A stretch of 64,000 nucleotides of DNA, taken from the NCBI GenBank assembly GCA_001179505.1, contig CDMY01000982.1:124001-188000 (forward strand), given 5' to 3'. The translations under genes were made by a program, and so were the position numbers. This document shows positions 39,461 through 51,700 of the stretch, piece after piece (position 1 is the first letter of the stretch; each line of letters begins with the position of its first letter). Source of the DNA: Vitrella brassicaformis CCMP3155 (lineage: Eukaryota > Protista > Chromerida). The notes under the pieces are model-generated. The model saw only the letters and a list, made by a program, of their open reading frames with translations. It ran no database searches and was not told the origin of the DNA.

Positions 39461-40485
39461 TCACATCCATTCATCCATCCATCGATTGTCTGTACCCAAT
39501 GCTGTTACCCGCTTCCACCAGAAAGCACCCAATACCCCCCAGAACAACGTAGGCTCGGCGAACCGCATCAACAGCTGCACTGCGTCCACCTTGACACCCG
39601 CCATAATCGAAGATGCTAAGGCAAAAAGAGCCTTGAAGTAGCCGTATAGCAGACCGCCAACGGACTCGCCCACCATCACGAACCCGAGATCCCGCCCACT
39701 CAGATCCCGCAGCCTCATGGGAGCCACCGGCTTCTGTTCTTCTCCTGCCGCTGGTTTCGTTCAGCTGTTCTCGAGCAGTCGTACATCCGACGGCAGGTCA
39801 CCTGATTAATTGACATCACACAGATGCACAAAAAGATGTCCACGGATGTGCATGTGCATCGGCCCATCGCTTACGATCTCTGGGTACGGTGGTGGCTTCT
39901 GGGATCTTGTTCCACCAGAAGACGATAATGGGCACCAGCAGCACTGTGGCCGCGGCAAGCTGAAGAAGCATGGCAAGGACCTGGACGCTCGCCAACTTGG
40001 ACACGATCTCGGGGCCACTCAGACTGCACGCGGATGCACATACACACAGATGCAGATACATTCGTTATCGACGATGCAGCCTCGTCAGATACCTGAAGTC
40101 AATGGCGGTGATGCACCTGAAGACTATGCGCGCCGTGAGGGAGTAGAACCGAAGGAGGAAGATGCAGAAGAACGCACCCACGTTGGCACAGGCGATGTCC
40201 CGTTGGCTGAGATGCTTGTAGAGATTGAATCTGCCAGCACTCAGGGCGGTCAGCGGCCTCCCTCCCGTTGACGTCGGTGGGGGCTGCGGTTGGTGTGCCA
40301 CTCGGAGGGGCCCTGCGTGTGTCAGCCGGATTGGCCGGACGAAGGCCGCAGAGCACGGCAGCGGTGACAGGCCGACGGACAGAAGAAGCAGCACAATGGG
40401 CAGCCTGCAGACAAGGCAGACAATGCGGCCACACCCGTCTGTGTTGCATTGGTGTGACTCTCGCGCACCTCCACACAGACGCCAT
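39461..40485 (-). CDS. Putative plastid-targeted multi-pass membrane protein of unknown function
   Basis: MASVWR|LPIVLLLLSVGLSPLPCSA-AFVRP (signal peptide followed by Phe), basic/Pro-rich transit-like region, hydrophobic helices. The 3' part (GESVGGLLYGYFKALF...) is separated by an in-frame TGA at 39761-39763 under the obvious splice. Confidence 0.5.
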
Positions 40486-40697
40486 CGATCTCTCCAGCTC
40501 CTTGATCAGCAGGCCTCTGAGAGGGCAGACAGGTGCTCAACGGTCGGAGAAGTAACCAAGCCCTGCATGCACAGAGATGCACAGAAACCAACACATGTTA
40601 TCACGCATCTGTGAATCGACAGGTGCAAATCGCTTGTGGAAATTAAGTCACCTTCAGGTAACCTCGAGCAGCAGCGGTTACGGCCACCTCGAAGGGT

Positions 40698-40801
40698 GCG
40701 AGCTTAGCAGCGCAGATATCCCTCCCCTCGCGGATTCCTTTTTGGGCGTCTGTCGCAAGACCTCGGCAAAAAAGGGTGCCGTTTGTCGCAAGCTCGCAGA
40801 T
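40698..40801. promoter_or_regulatory. Candidate promoter motif AAGCTCGC (two inverted copies) upstream of the 40485 gene
   Basis: gcgagcttagca at 40698 (same 12-mer at 43689) and tgtcgcaagctcgcagat at 40784-40801. Confidence 0.4.
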
Positions 40802-41516
40802 GCTTTTGGTCGGTCGGTTTTGGGTGGTCTTGACACCCGAGTGCTCCCGTCAGGCGCGTTTTCCCCTGCCTTCTCCCGTCGTGGTCTGCTGTGAGGGTAT
40901 GCGCCGGCGTACAGCGTTTCGTGCACAGATGCGTTGGTACACTCCTTTAGGTACTGCGCACATTGCGTGCTGCAGAGCACATTAAGTACACACTAGCACA
41001 AGCAAGGCAGGCAGCAGGTCATTCGGGGACCCAGTGGGCATCCAGGGCAGTAGGAGGCCCTCCCCCAACCGTCCTTGAGAGGCCCTGTGCACCGATGGTG
41101 GGGGGCCGTTCTGCTGCCCTTCCCCTGCTGCCCTTCCCCTGGTGCAGGAACTATCTGGTGGGCGGTGCTTGTCAGTAGATTCAGACTCGTTGATTCAAAG
41201 ACAGACTCGTGGTTGCGTGGTCTGTTTGGATGGATGGATGGATGAATGCCCTGCTGGCCATTTGATGCTTTCGTAGACACACCCTCATGTCCTGCCTGTT
41301 CCATCGACACAATTACATCCATTCATGTGCGAGGACTATACAGTAATAATCCACGACGCACGACCGAAAAACCCTTTCGTTGACCCTCTCATTGACACAC
41401 CTCCCCCCCTCTCATTGACAACCATCCGTCCAAAAATCATCAACCGCTCTTCCTCTCCTCCCATCTCTCCTCTCTGCTCACGTCCATCCATCCATCCATG
41501 CATGTCGCTAGGGTCA

Positions 41517-43645
41517 TCATCTCGGCCATACGTAGGCACCAATTTGAGCCCGAATGCGCCGCCTGATGCGTGCGAGGGGGATGGGCAGCTCTTCTCCTTC
41601 CTCCCCCTCCTCCCTCTCCTCTTGTTTCTCGTCCGGCTTGTGCTTGACGGCCATGTGTGGGTCGCTCAGCAGGCGGGACTTGACGTACTCGTAGACGCCG
41701 AACTGGATGCCGATCATCGGCACCACACTCATCAGACGCATCGGCAAAGCCCTGCATAAACAATGACGCCATTACACACGCACAAATGCGGCAAGTGAGT
41801 GTGTGTGAAGAGACATACATGGCCCTTGTACGTACCTGTAGAGCCTGCCGACGCCCTCCTCCTTGATGACCCGCAGGAAGCAGTCAATTATTCCTTTGTA
41901 CGGCTGAACCGCACCCAACGTCGCCTGGCAGAATTCGCACACCATACACACACACATACATACACACAGCAAACAGACGTGTGACCCCGCCCTCCCGCCC
42001 GGCCGCCCACCTGTGTGACGAGGCGTGTCTTGACGGTGTCTACGGGTATCATGATGGCCACCACTATGCCCGCCGCAGTGGCGCCTATCAAGAAATTCTC
42101 CGCGTCAGACGGATCTCGTGGGAAGATAACCGAGTGCAAATTCCGCAGCTGCTCACACACACATATACACACATACGATGGTCGTGTTGCCCGTTGGCGT
42201 CAGTCAACGTGCGTGTGTGTGTGTGTGTGTGTACCTGTTGGTATGCGACCCATGTGAGGGAGTATGAGGGGATCTTCTGGATCATCCCGGGGAACCACCC
42301 GGTGTAGAGGCCCCGCACACCCTCTGTGCGCAGCAGCTTGCTCAGCCCCGACACCAGATTGGGGTAGATCCCTGCATGCCGCAAGGGGCACACACAAAGG
42401 TGGCTGGCCATGTGTTGGTGTCCTAGCAATGCTTGCCTCTCTCTCCTACCTCTCCTACCTGTGACGATTCTGTCCACCAGGACCATCTGTGGTGTGCTGA
42501 TGACCGAGCACAGGAACGTGGCTGACGCCTGACACACACAGGGAGGGCGGGGGATGGGTGGGCGGGTGGGTGGATGGGTCTGCTATGGTGTGACTGGTTG
42601 CCTGTGAGCAGAAGTCGAAGACGAATCCCGCCTGCTTGATGGGCATCAGGCGGGTCATCTGATGCTTCATGAACTGCACACACACACATACAGCACCCAT
42701 GCACCGACGAAACATTCGTGGATTGCACGCCAGTGTGTGTGTTCTGTCCCTCCCCGACCCACCCCCAGGACAGCGAAGTTCATGGCTCCATGTGGGAGGG
42801 ATATGAGGAACTGTGCCCCCGCCCCTCGCCACCATATCCCTGGGTGGCCCAGGAAGTACCCCCACCCCTGCCACGTGTTGCGGCCCTGCAGCAGCGTCTT
42901 GACGCCTATCAACGGATGCACCGCCGTCTGGGCCACACTGAATGCAGACAAAAATACAAAAAGAGATCCATGGATAAGCATAAGCAGACAGACATCCTCT
43001 CCTCAGGCATGCATGTAAGTGTGTGTCTGTGTGTCGTGCTCACCTCCTGCTGAGTGCTCCGGCGAGCATGTTGCCCCAGAAGGTGAGCTTGCCCTTGTCG
43101 TGCAGGGGTAATGATAGACCGTCCAGCAGAGAAAACGACATCGGCCGCCTCACCAGCGCCGCAAGACGCCGGTGCCGCCTTTCGGGCCTCGATTCAGCCG
43201 GCTGCTCGGTGGCTGGAAGCTCCCCCGCCCTCCTCTTTCTCCGCTTTAGACGAGGTAACACAGAACGAGAGGTCTGCAGTGCCCCCTTCCCATCACCACC
43301 GTCAGCCGTCCCCCTGTGCTGACCAGTCCTCTTGGGCAGTGCATTCCGCAGACCGTTGGCAGTGACGAGATGCCGAATCGATGAAGGCACACTCCCGCAC
43401 TCACAGCAGAAGAGCATGAGCAGCATCACAGCCGCGTGCACAATGGCAAGCACGACAGCACGGAACGGTGACGGTGACGGCAGGGGGAGAGAAATGGGAT
43501 GCGGTCTGCGGCGAGCGGGGCTGGAATGCCATGGTGTTGGCCTTCTGCTGCAGGCGTCGTGCCATCTCTCTGCTGCAGATGATCTCTCTGAGGGCTGATC
43601 TAGGGATGATTCTTGCCTGGACGGGTAATGGCTGATGGACTCCAT
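41517..43645 (-). CDS. Mitochondrial carrier family (SLC25) protein with long N-terminal extension
   Basis: Three carrier repeats: NMLAGALSRSVAQTAVHPLIGVKT, STPQMVLVDRI...EGVRGLYTGW, FLIGATAAG...IPVDTVKTRLVTQ...YKGIIDCFLRVIKEEGVGRLYR...VPMIGIQFGVYEYVK. Confidence 0.9.
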
Positions 43646-43842
43646 CTTCGTACAGCTTCCTCTCTTCGCCTTTCGCGGGAGATCTGCTGCGAGCTTAGCA
43701 ACGACACTCTTCAGCAGCTCGCAGGAGGAAACGCGCTTCTGAGTCAAAGGGGCTGAGTGTTCAACCACCAGGCGTGCGAAACGCCGTCGAAGAAGCAGAA
43801 AACCCATAGTTCCGAGCATTGCATCTGCGTCGCCCGATCACA

Positions 43843-45590
43843 ATGGCAGAGGAAGCATCCTCCGCAGCAGACGTAGCAGCAGCAGGTTCATCGTCCACCA
43901 TGCGGAAGCGCCTGACCGTGGACACCAAGGCCGACACGAAGCGTGCAGCATCCGTAGCACCCGCCGGTTCATCGCAGGAGGCCGACGAGGCGGAGGCCCC
44001 TGCCTCACCGTACCCTCACTTCCAGATAGGCACGCCATTCGCCGTGCGGTGCAGCAGATTCGACCAGCTGGTGGAGAAATCGGCCATCTCGCAGTCCCAG
44101 TTCTGGGGATTCGCAAACCTCTTTCGTGAGTGAGCCGTACACAGTCACACACACGACATGACATCAGCATGCACATTTGGGTCGGTGTGTGTGTGTGTGC
44201 TTCAGTGCTGTCGTGTGTGTATTATCTGTTCACTAACCCGTTGATACGGCTGTATGATAGGGGAGATCTGTTCGACCCGTCGGTGAGTGGGGCAAGGCAA
44301 TCAACCAGGACACCTGCAACACACGAGAGTGACCGACCAATGTGTTTTTTCTCTTTTCGTTTCTGTTTGCTGCTCTGGCTGTGCGTCCGTCCATGTATCC
44401 ATCCCTCCATCAGCTGGCTCGGATGATGTTTGACGACTTCTTCTTTGTGGTGAGCTTATGAGGGCAGCCAGGCAGTCGTGCGCTATGCAGGTGCATCTGC
44501 TGCTGGTTGGTCTGTCTCTGCCTCCCTCGGCCAGATGTTCATGTGGTTGAAGCTCTTCCTCTGGGCCTTCCTGTACGCATGTGCGTGGCTAGACAGACAG
44601 GCACTCGTGTGTCACTCAATCCGCCTTTGGCTGGCTGGCTGTTTTGTGTGTCTTGTCTTGTAATGTCCGCAGCGCTCACTTTATGCTGTTGGGCTACTTC
44701 CGCGGGTATTACCCACTGGCGGTGCTGCGTGTGCTGCAGCACACCGCACAGGGCATGTGCATCGGATACGCAATCACAATGTCAATCGTCAAGGAGTCAG
44801 CGGAGCGGGAGGAGAGAGATTTTGGTTGCATTGGTCGGCCTCATTTTGTGCTTGGTGTGCTGTGTTCTGGTGTGTGTGTGTGTTTGGCGTCAGCTGGCCG
44901 ATGGTGCCGACCGCTTTCTGCACGATGGTCTCGGTGACGCACTTCATGAAGGCAAGACAGACAGACACAGAGATGAATGAAGGAATCGACGTGACACGCA
45001 GTGTGTGTGGGGTATTTTGCGTTGGTCAGATGCACTCTTACATCGAGACGAACCTCCGCTATGCAGAGCTGAAGGGCACCCAGCAGGAATGCCCGGACTT
45101 TCCCGACAATGTAAGTGTGCGTGCACCTGTGTCTACATCGATGAGCCACACTGCACACTGCTAGACAGACACATACACGTATGTGTGTGTACCTTGTATC
45201 TGCGTGTGCATACCTGCCGGCAGGTGACCCTGCGTAACTTTGCCCACTACATGATGTGCCCAGTGCTCGTGTACGAGCCCAAATACCCAGAGTGAATCAA
45301 CACACACACACACACTCACACTCGTCACATAACGACACTTGACCTGTGTGGATTGACGCTTACAGGGGTCCCGGCTTTCGGCTGTCGTATTTCCTGCTCA
45401 AGATTGTGTCCATGGCGGGGATTATGGTACGTGAGGGAGCAAAGAGGGTGTGCTGTAAATGGTGCAGTCACAGATGGAACTGCATCCACGTGTGTGTGTG
45501 TGTCAGGCAGTGCTGTATTTGCTGATAACGACCTACATCATTCCCGTCGTCATGCAGAGCGATAAACTGCCCTTCTTCGAGACCATTGTC

Positions 45591-45626
<36 letters not shown>

Positions 45627-46593
45627 ACACACACGCGCGCGCACACACCCACCCCTGCACACGTCGTATGTGTGTATTGGTGTCAGGTTGATATTTCCCT
45701 TTCTGTATGCGGTCATTCTGTTTTTCTTTCTGCTGTTCGAGTGCCTCCTCAACATATTCGCTGAGGTCGTCAACTTCGGCGACAGAGAATTCTACCACGT
45801 GCGGACGGACGGATGCACACCATATGCGACACGTCCCGCACACAGATCATCATAGCCACGTGTGTGTGTGTGTATGTGTATGTGCAGGATTGGTGGAACA
45901 GCACGTCATGGGACGAGTTTGCGCGCAAGTGGAACAGGCCCGTGCATGAGTTCCTCCTGCGGCACGTCTACCTCGAGTCGAGATACAGACACAAGGTAGG
46001 TGAGTGAGTCAGGAGACACCAAGGGGTGCGTGGATGGTGGATGGAATTCATCCGGTCACATATACTCTCACTCATAAGCACGGTGTGGTCTGTGGGTTGT
46101 CTGTCTGTCAGTTCAACAAGGGTTGGGCGGCGGCAACCACTTTCCTCTTCTCCGCCCTGCTGCACGAAATGATCCTGGTCGGTCGATCGGGAGATCTGGG
46201 CACCAGCACTCACACCAACGGATGGGCACATGTGACTGACACATGGCTCTGTGTGTGGGTGCGTCTGTTGTGTTGTGTGTTTCAGGCTGTGTGCTTCCGC
46301 TTTATCCGGCTGTACATGTTTGGCCTGATGCTGCTGCAGATACCCCTCATTGCACTCGGCAGATTCCACAAAGTCACACACACACACACACACAGACAGA
46401 CAGACAGAAGGATTCAGATCATATCCCTGTCTGTCTGTCTGTCTGTCTGCTATGGCACCATCAGGGCAAGCAGCTCGGCAACTGGATTGTCTGGGGCGGC
46501 CTGCTGTTCGGCGTTCCGTTGCTGGCGACTTGTTACAGCCGTGAGTGGCGGCGGCTCGACGCCTCTGGGGCGGCCCACACACGACTATACTAA
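43843..46593 (+). CDS. MBOAT-family sterol O-acyltransferase / DGAT1-like
   Basis: MHSYIETN, FAHYMMCPVLVYEPKYP, FGDREFYH|DWWNSTSWDEFARKWNRPVHEFLLRHVY and the catalytic His in FLFSALLHEMIL; many TM exons. Confidence 0.9.
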
Positions 46594-47331
46594 TAGCTAG
46601 CACCAAGACGGAGGGCAGGGAGACGCAGGGGAGGGCGACCGAGTGTAGCATAGGACGTACCTACTGGTGTATTTGTGACATACGCACATATACATACATA
46701 CATACAGACATTGACTGCTCACTCGAGCGAGACACTCGTTGGATGCTCGACCTCTGTCATATATTCCTTCCGTTCATCCATTGGCCATCCATCCGTACGT
46801 TGCTGTCATGAACGTCTTCCGTGTTAAATCTGGCCAGCATGGAAAGCCGCCACAAGGTTTGTACATGCCATGCATCCCTCTTGCAAACGAGCCAGTCAGA
46901 TAAGCTAAGCTGTGCACAGGCGCCCATCTCTTGTCGCCGTCACCCTCCTCTCTCGCACATGTGTCGCAATGGTACCCTGCACCAGGCAAGTAGCTGTGTG
47001 TCACTCATTCTGGCTAACAAGTCAACCACAACTCTCGGAAAGTGACAATGACGAGCCCCTCACTCATTTTATTGAAGACAGAGGCGCCTTCCTCATGTGA
47101 TCAATAAAGTGTCACCCGCCCTCGTTCCATTGTTCTTACAGCAGCCAGCGCACCCATTGATGATAACATCTGACTAACTTATTAAGTCACCAGGATAAAA
47201 AGTGTCTGAAGTGTCTCTCACACACTGTCTAACACACTCAGGCGGGCGCACGCCCCTCTTCCCGCTGGCTACTCACACCGACGCAAGCCAGCTACCTAGG
47301 GCCGCCTCGGCAGCTGTGGCTCCTGCAGATC

Positions 47332-48380
47332 CTACGACTGTTGTCGCATGTGTGGAAAGGGCCAGCGAAAAAGACCCCACCACACTCCCCTTGTATGCCC
47401 AGAGGCCTGCGGCTGCTGCCGCGGGGCTGTAACGGTGGGGGGCTGTGCCGGTGCCTGTGGCGGGCTGACCGACTTGGGCTCTGAACACACACACATCACA
47501 CCAAAGACACAGACACATCCAAGCCCCACTCACGAAGGAATGGTGCCTGTGGCGGGCTGACCGACTTGGGCTCTGAACACACACACATCACACCAAAGAC
47601 ACAGACACATCCAAGCCCAACTCACGAAGGAATGCTCCCGCTCAGTCACTGACCGAATCTGACGCGATAGGTCCGGCGGTTTTCCATCCACACAGTGGCG
47701 ATCTCTTTGCCATCCTCGAGGGTCAGGATGCGGGGCGTGAAGTGATCACGGCGATAGCCGAACGACGAGCAGATCGTGTGCAGTTGTGACACGTCCACCG
47801 CGGCTTGATACACTGGGTTGTCCCGTAGGCTCGCCGGCATAAAGCTGTGGTCGGTGAAAGTAGTGAGTCTGGCCCTCTCATTGGCCCCCTCGCCGTGAAG
47901 GAGCTCCACACCCATGAGGTCGTCTGCGGGCAGAATGGGAGGCCATGACAGCCCTTTGGTTGTCGTCTCGCGCTCGATATAGGAACTCATGTGGTCTGTA
48001 GAGAGCAATCACCATACGACACGACAGCCCGATGTGAAGGATGAAGTGAGAGGGCATGATGTGATGCCTGCCTGTGTGTGCACCGCACCCACCTATGGAC
48101 TAGATCAGCACTTGCTGACAGGAGCAACAGCAACGCCTCACACGGGTGCTGAGAGGACGCACCAGAGAGCACACAGATGAGCGGTAGCTCTGTGATAAGT
48201 TTGTCTGCACTGCGTGTGTTCGTACCTCTTGTCAACTCAATGACTTCGGTGAGCGTCGCAGCACTGTGGCTGTCAACGACAGGTCTGAAACACGTTGACG
48301 CGGTTGCCGGCGGGGCAGAGGAGGCTGTCTGCGTCGGGCACAGTGAAGAGGAGAGGCCCGCCCTGATAGGGAGCGCCGCA
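47332..48380 (-). pseudogene. PWP2/UTP1 N-terminal fragment joined to an unrelated coding-like ORF
   Basis: CGAPYQGGPLLFTVPDADSLLCPAGNRVNVF resembles the PWP2 start (LGAPYRGG...LISPVGNRVSVxDL), then frameshift/stop at 48273. ORF 47646-48008 is coding-like but unrecognised. Confidence 0.45.
47451..47634. repeat. 92-bp tandem duplication (2 copies, 1 mismatch)
   Basis: 47451-47542 and 47543-47634 are identical except aagccccact vs aagcccaact. The unit contains a 53-nt GT...AG intron-like segment on the minus strand. Confidence 0.95.
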
Positions 48381-48738
48381 CACCCACAGAACTAACGGCT
48401 GGCGGTGCCTATGTGAGAGAGGGAACCTCCGAAGCGATGGGTTTTCAATGCGATCGGCGTTCAAGCTCGCAGCTTTGAAGAGGGAAGAAGAGGGAAGGGC
48501 CGACCTAGCAGTAGCGGCCAGAGGTCCTGTGTATCACTCCTGAGGGTGAGAGATGAAAGAAGCACAAAAAGAACCATCGAGAAGCGCCATATGTGCCCCG
48601 CTGGTTGGCTGTGCTGCTCATTGTAGGCATCCCCTCATCCGTTTGGCGTCGGCCGCCCACCATGTGGCAGCGCGTGTTGTCAGGCCAGCCTCCTGACGGC
48701 ATGAATGAGGGCTGATCTACGCCAGGGAATCTGTGTCA

Positions 48739-51700
48739 ATGACCAGCTCGAGATATCGTCCCTCCGGCATCAATGCAGCCACCGCAACGCTCTCGTCGCC
48801 AGACGAGCTGCCAGATAATGCCCTCGACAACAGTCTGAGGGCGGTGGCCGCGGAGGCCGCCGAAGCTGTGATCAGCGGACGTGGAGACCGCGAGGCCCTG
48901 AGGAAGAAGCTGCTCGACCAGCGTAAGAAGCTGCTCGACCAGCATGTGCTGACGCGCGTCTTTCACGCATTCACCGATGGCGGCAACACGGTCCGCCAGG
49001 ACATTGCTGCATGCGTGCTGATCCACCACGCCACACACAAGGACCTCGCCCACGCCATCATCTGTCTATGTGGGTCGCCTCAACGGTTCATCAGCAGTCT
49101 CGCCCCACTGCTGACAGAGACCGACCATGACGGCGTTGCGACCGTCACCTTGGCACTGCTGCGTATGGCCATGACCAAGGGCCGAGAGGAGGGAAATGCG
49201 GCCGACTATCGAGACCATTGTGTGCAGCACCACCCCGCCGTCTTCGGCAAGGCAGTGGCGCTGGCGGGCAAGATCGCAGGGGAGCGCAGCATGCAGGCCG
49301 TCAACTTCCTGCTGTCGGCCTTTTCGCCCGATGGTGAATTCGGCCCGCCCTTCCCGGGCCCTTCTGCTGTGTCGACATTGGTGTGGGTGGGATTGTTTCG
49401 GGTCGTCGTGCGCGTGCTGACTTGTGAGGACCAGGAAACTCGCGACGAATTGTAAGCCAACAGTTGATGGCCAGGGACAGGCAGACGGGGGGAGAATGGC
49501 TCTTTCTGATGCTGCTCTCTCTCTTTTCTTTTTTGTCTTGTTGTTTGTTTGACTGCTTCAGTTTTGGCCGCGGTGTGTCTGTCACAGCACTCATCAAGGA
49601 GCACATTACATCTGTGGCCCACACGGGTATGTATGTAGTCAGGATGAGGCTACCTACATAGACAGACCCACACTGTCTGTGGTCGTGCTGATGTGCTGAT
49701 GGTGGCTGACCTCAGGATCGAATGATGACCATGCTGCGTACCTGGCTGCGATGGACGAGCATGTCTACGAGTACGTCGACACGATGGCGGCCACCCTGAC
49801 GTCTCGCCAGGCAGACAGGCAGGTGCGTGCGGGGGCCGCCGTCTGCCTCATGCGCATCTTCGACTTCTGCTCCGAATTCGCGAACGCCGCAGAGATAGGT
49901 CAGTGCACGGGTGTGTGTGACATCGCATCAATTGCTGGCTGGCTGCGTGTTTGCGTCTGGGCAGGTCCGGCTTACCTTGCGACTCTGTCGGATGGCCCCG
50001 TCCAGCGTTTGATGAGAGTGCCCAAGGCCCTGCAGGCATACGCCGCGGCCGCCAAGGACCTCAGCATCAACATGGCTGCTTGCTCTCTAGCATCAACATG
50101 GCTGGTTGTCCCGCAGATGCTGGCCGGTGAGCGAATCAAACGAGGGCTGCATGGGTGGGAAGTTAACGAAGCAATGCCTTCTTGTGGGTGTGCTGCATAA
50201 ATGTCTGCAGCGTGTGGCCATCGTGATGCCGTGTACTCTTCCGGATGCATCTCGATGGCGTCGGATACCGCCAAGCGCCTCGACAAGAGGCCTCTTGTCG
50301 AGGTGGCCCCCTGTGCGGCGGCTCTTCAGAACATCGTCGGACGCGACACAGACCTCACCGACGTGCGCGCCAAGGTCAGTCCGGATGGATGGATGGATGC
50401 GTCCACGGTCATTGTGTGTTGCCCATTTGCAGATTGCTGTGCGTGACGGCCTTCCAGGGGTGCTGTGTGACGTGGCCCACGCCTGCATCAAGGGGGGTCA
50501 CATCGATCAACAGAAGGTGAATGAGTTCATAGACTTCGCCGTCAGAAATCTTCAGGCACTCGTCAGGTACGCACACACACACACAGACGCCTGTGGTGGG
50601 CGATTGGCGTCTTGGTTGAGGATGATGGGTATTCCTGTGTGGATGTGTCTTGCCGGTGCAGCTATGGTGATCGCGTGAGCAGCCGAGGGGGCAAGTTCCG
50701 GCCCAACAGCGTCACGCAGGCCATTCTGCAGCACGAGGCCGTCAAGACGATGCGGGCGGCCGCTGCCCGGCCGCCGGCGAGACGCAAGGGACACCAGCAG
50801 CAGCAGCAGCAGCAATTGACAGTGCCCAAGAAGGTGGGAAGTTATGGGCACGTGACGGCTCACACGGGCAGTGTCCATATCGATGTACGTATCGTGTGTC
50901 AGCTGTTGGATCTGTTTGACGAGATAGAGAGTGCGGCCAGCAAGCGTGCTGAGAGGCTCATCGCAGAGCTGGACATTGAGGGCACACAGGAGGGGGCCGA
51001 GGACACCAACGGCAGCAAGGGCGTCAAGAAGAAGTCCTCCAAGGGCAAGAGGGGCGGCAAGGGAGCCTCTACCAAGGAGTCGCCGTCACCATCCAGGTCA
51101 CCGCCAGAAAAAGAAAGAGCACATCCACGTAAATGAGCGGAATGTGTGTGCGTGTGTATGTGCCGATCGATAGCTGTGGCGCCAACAACGTATCGGAAGA
51201 CCACAGCGAGCGGCAAGATGAGGACACAGAGGAGCATGATGGCCTTCCAGGTCCCCCCGGCCCGTCGCCCCCCTCCCCTCCCCGACCCTCATACTCGTAC
51301 TCATCGTCCTCCGCATCGGCTGCTGGCGGAACCTCTGTGTCGGTGGGGGGAGGCCATGGGCAGCAGCAAGGGGCGGGTGGCGGTGGCGATGATGGCGGCG
51401 GCTTCCTCACCGTCGGCCGCAAAAGGAGGGGCGGCAAAGGCACTGGCGCCCACACACAGCAGCAGACCAACATAGCTGACAAACCAGTCGAGAAGTAAAG
51501 CCGACCAAAGCACTCCACCACACTGAGCACTGACAACTCCGGTGTGCCTGTGTCATCAGCTCGGGAGTCTTCCCGTCATCGTCTTCGTCCGAGTCGACGC
51601 GGCCCTCCTCATCGCAGTCGTCTGTGTCTGGCGGCCCCCGCAACGCGCCAGCCGTGCCCTTCCCTCTGCCGCCCCGCCCGGCCGCCCCGCCCCCACAGCC

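Noticed and set aside
37971-39763. Idea that TGA is recoded as Trp or Sec genome-wide (two in-frame TGAs)
   Set aside because: TGA is the evident terminator of intact genes here (30164-30166, 58218-58220, 52947-52949), TGG is used normally, and no SECIS could be identified.
47451-47634. Direct repeats resembling a CRISPR array
   Set aside because: Only two adjacent 92-bp copies, with no spacers and no cas genes, in a eukaryotic intron context.
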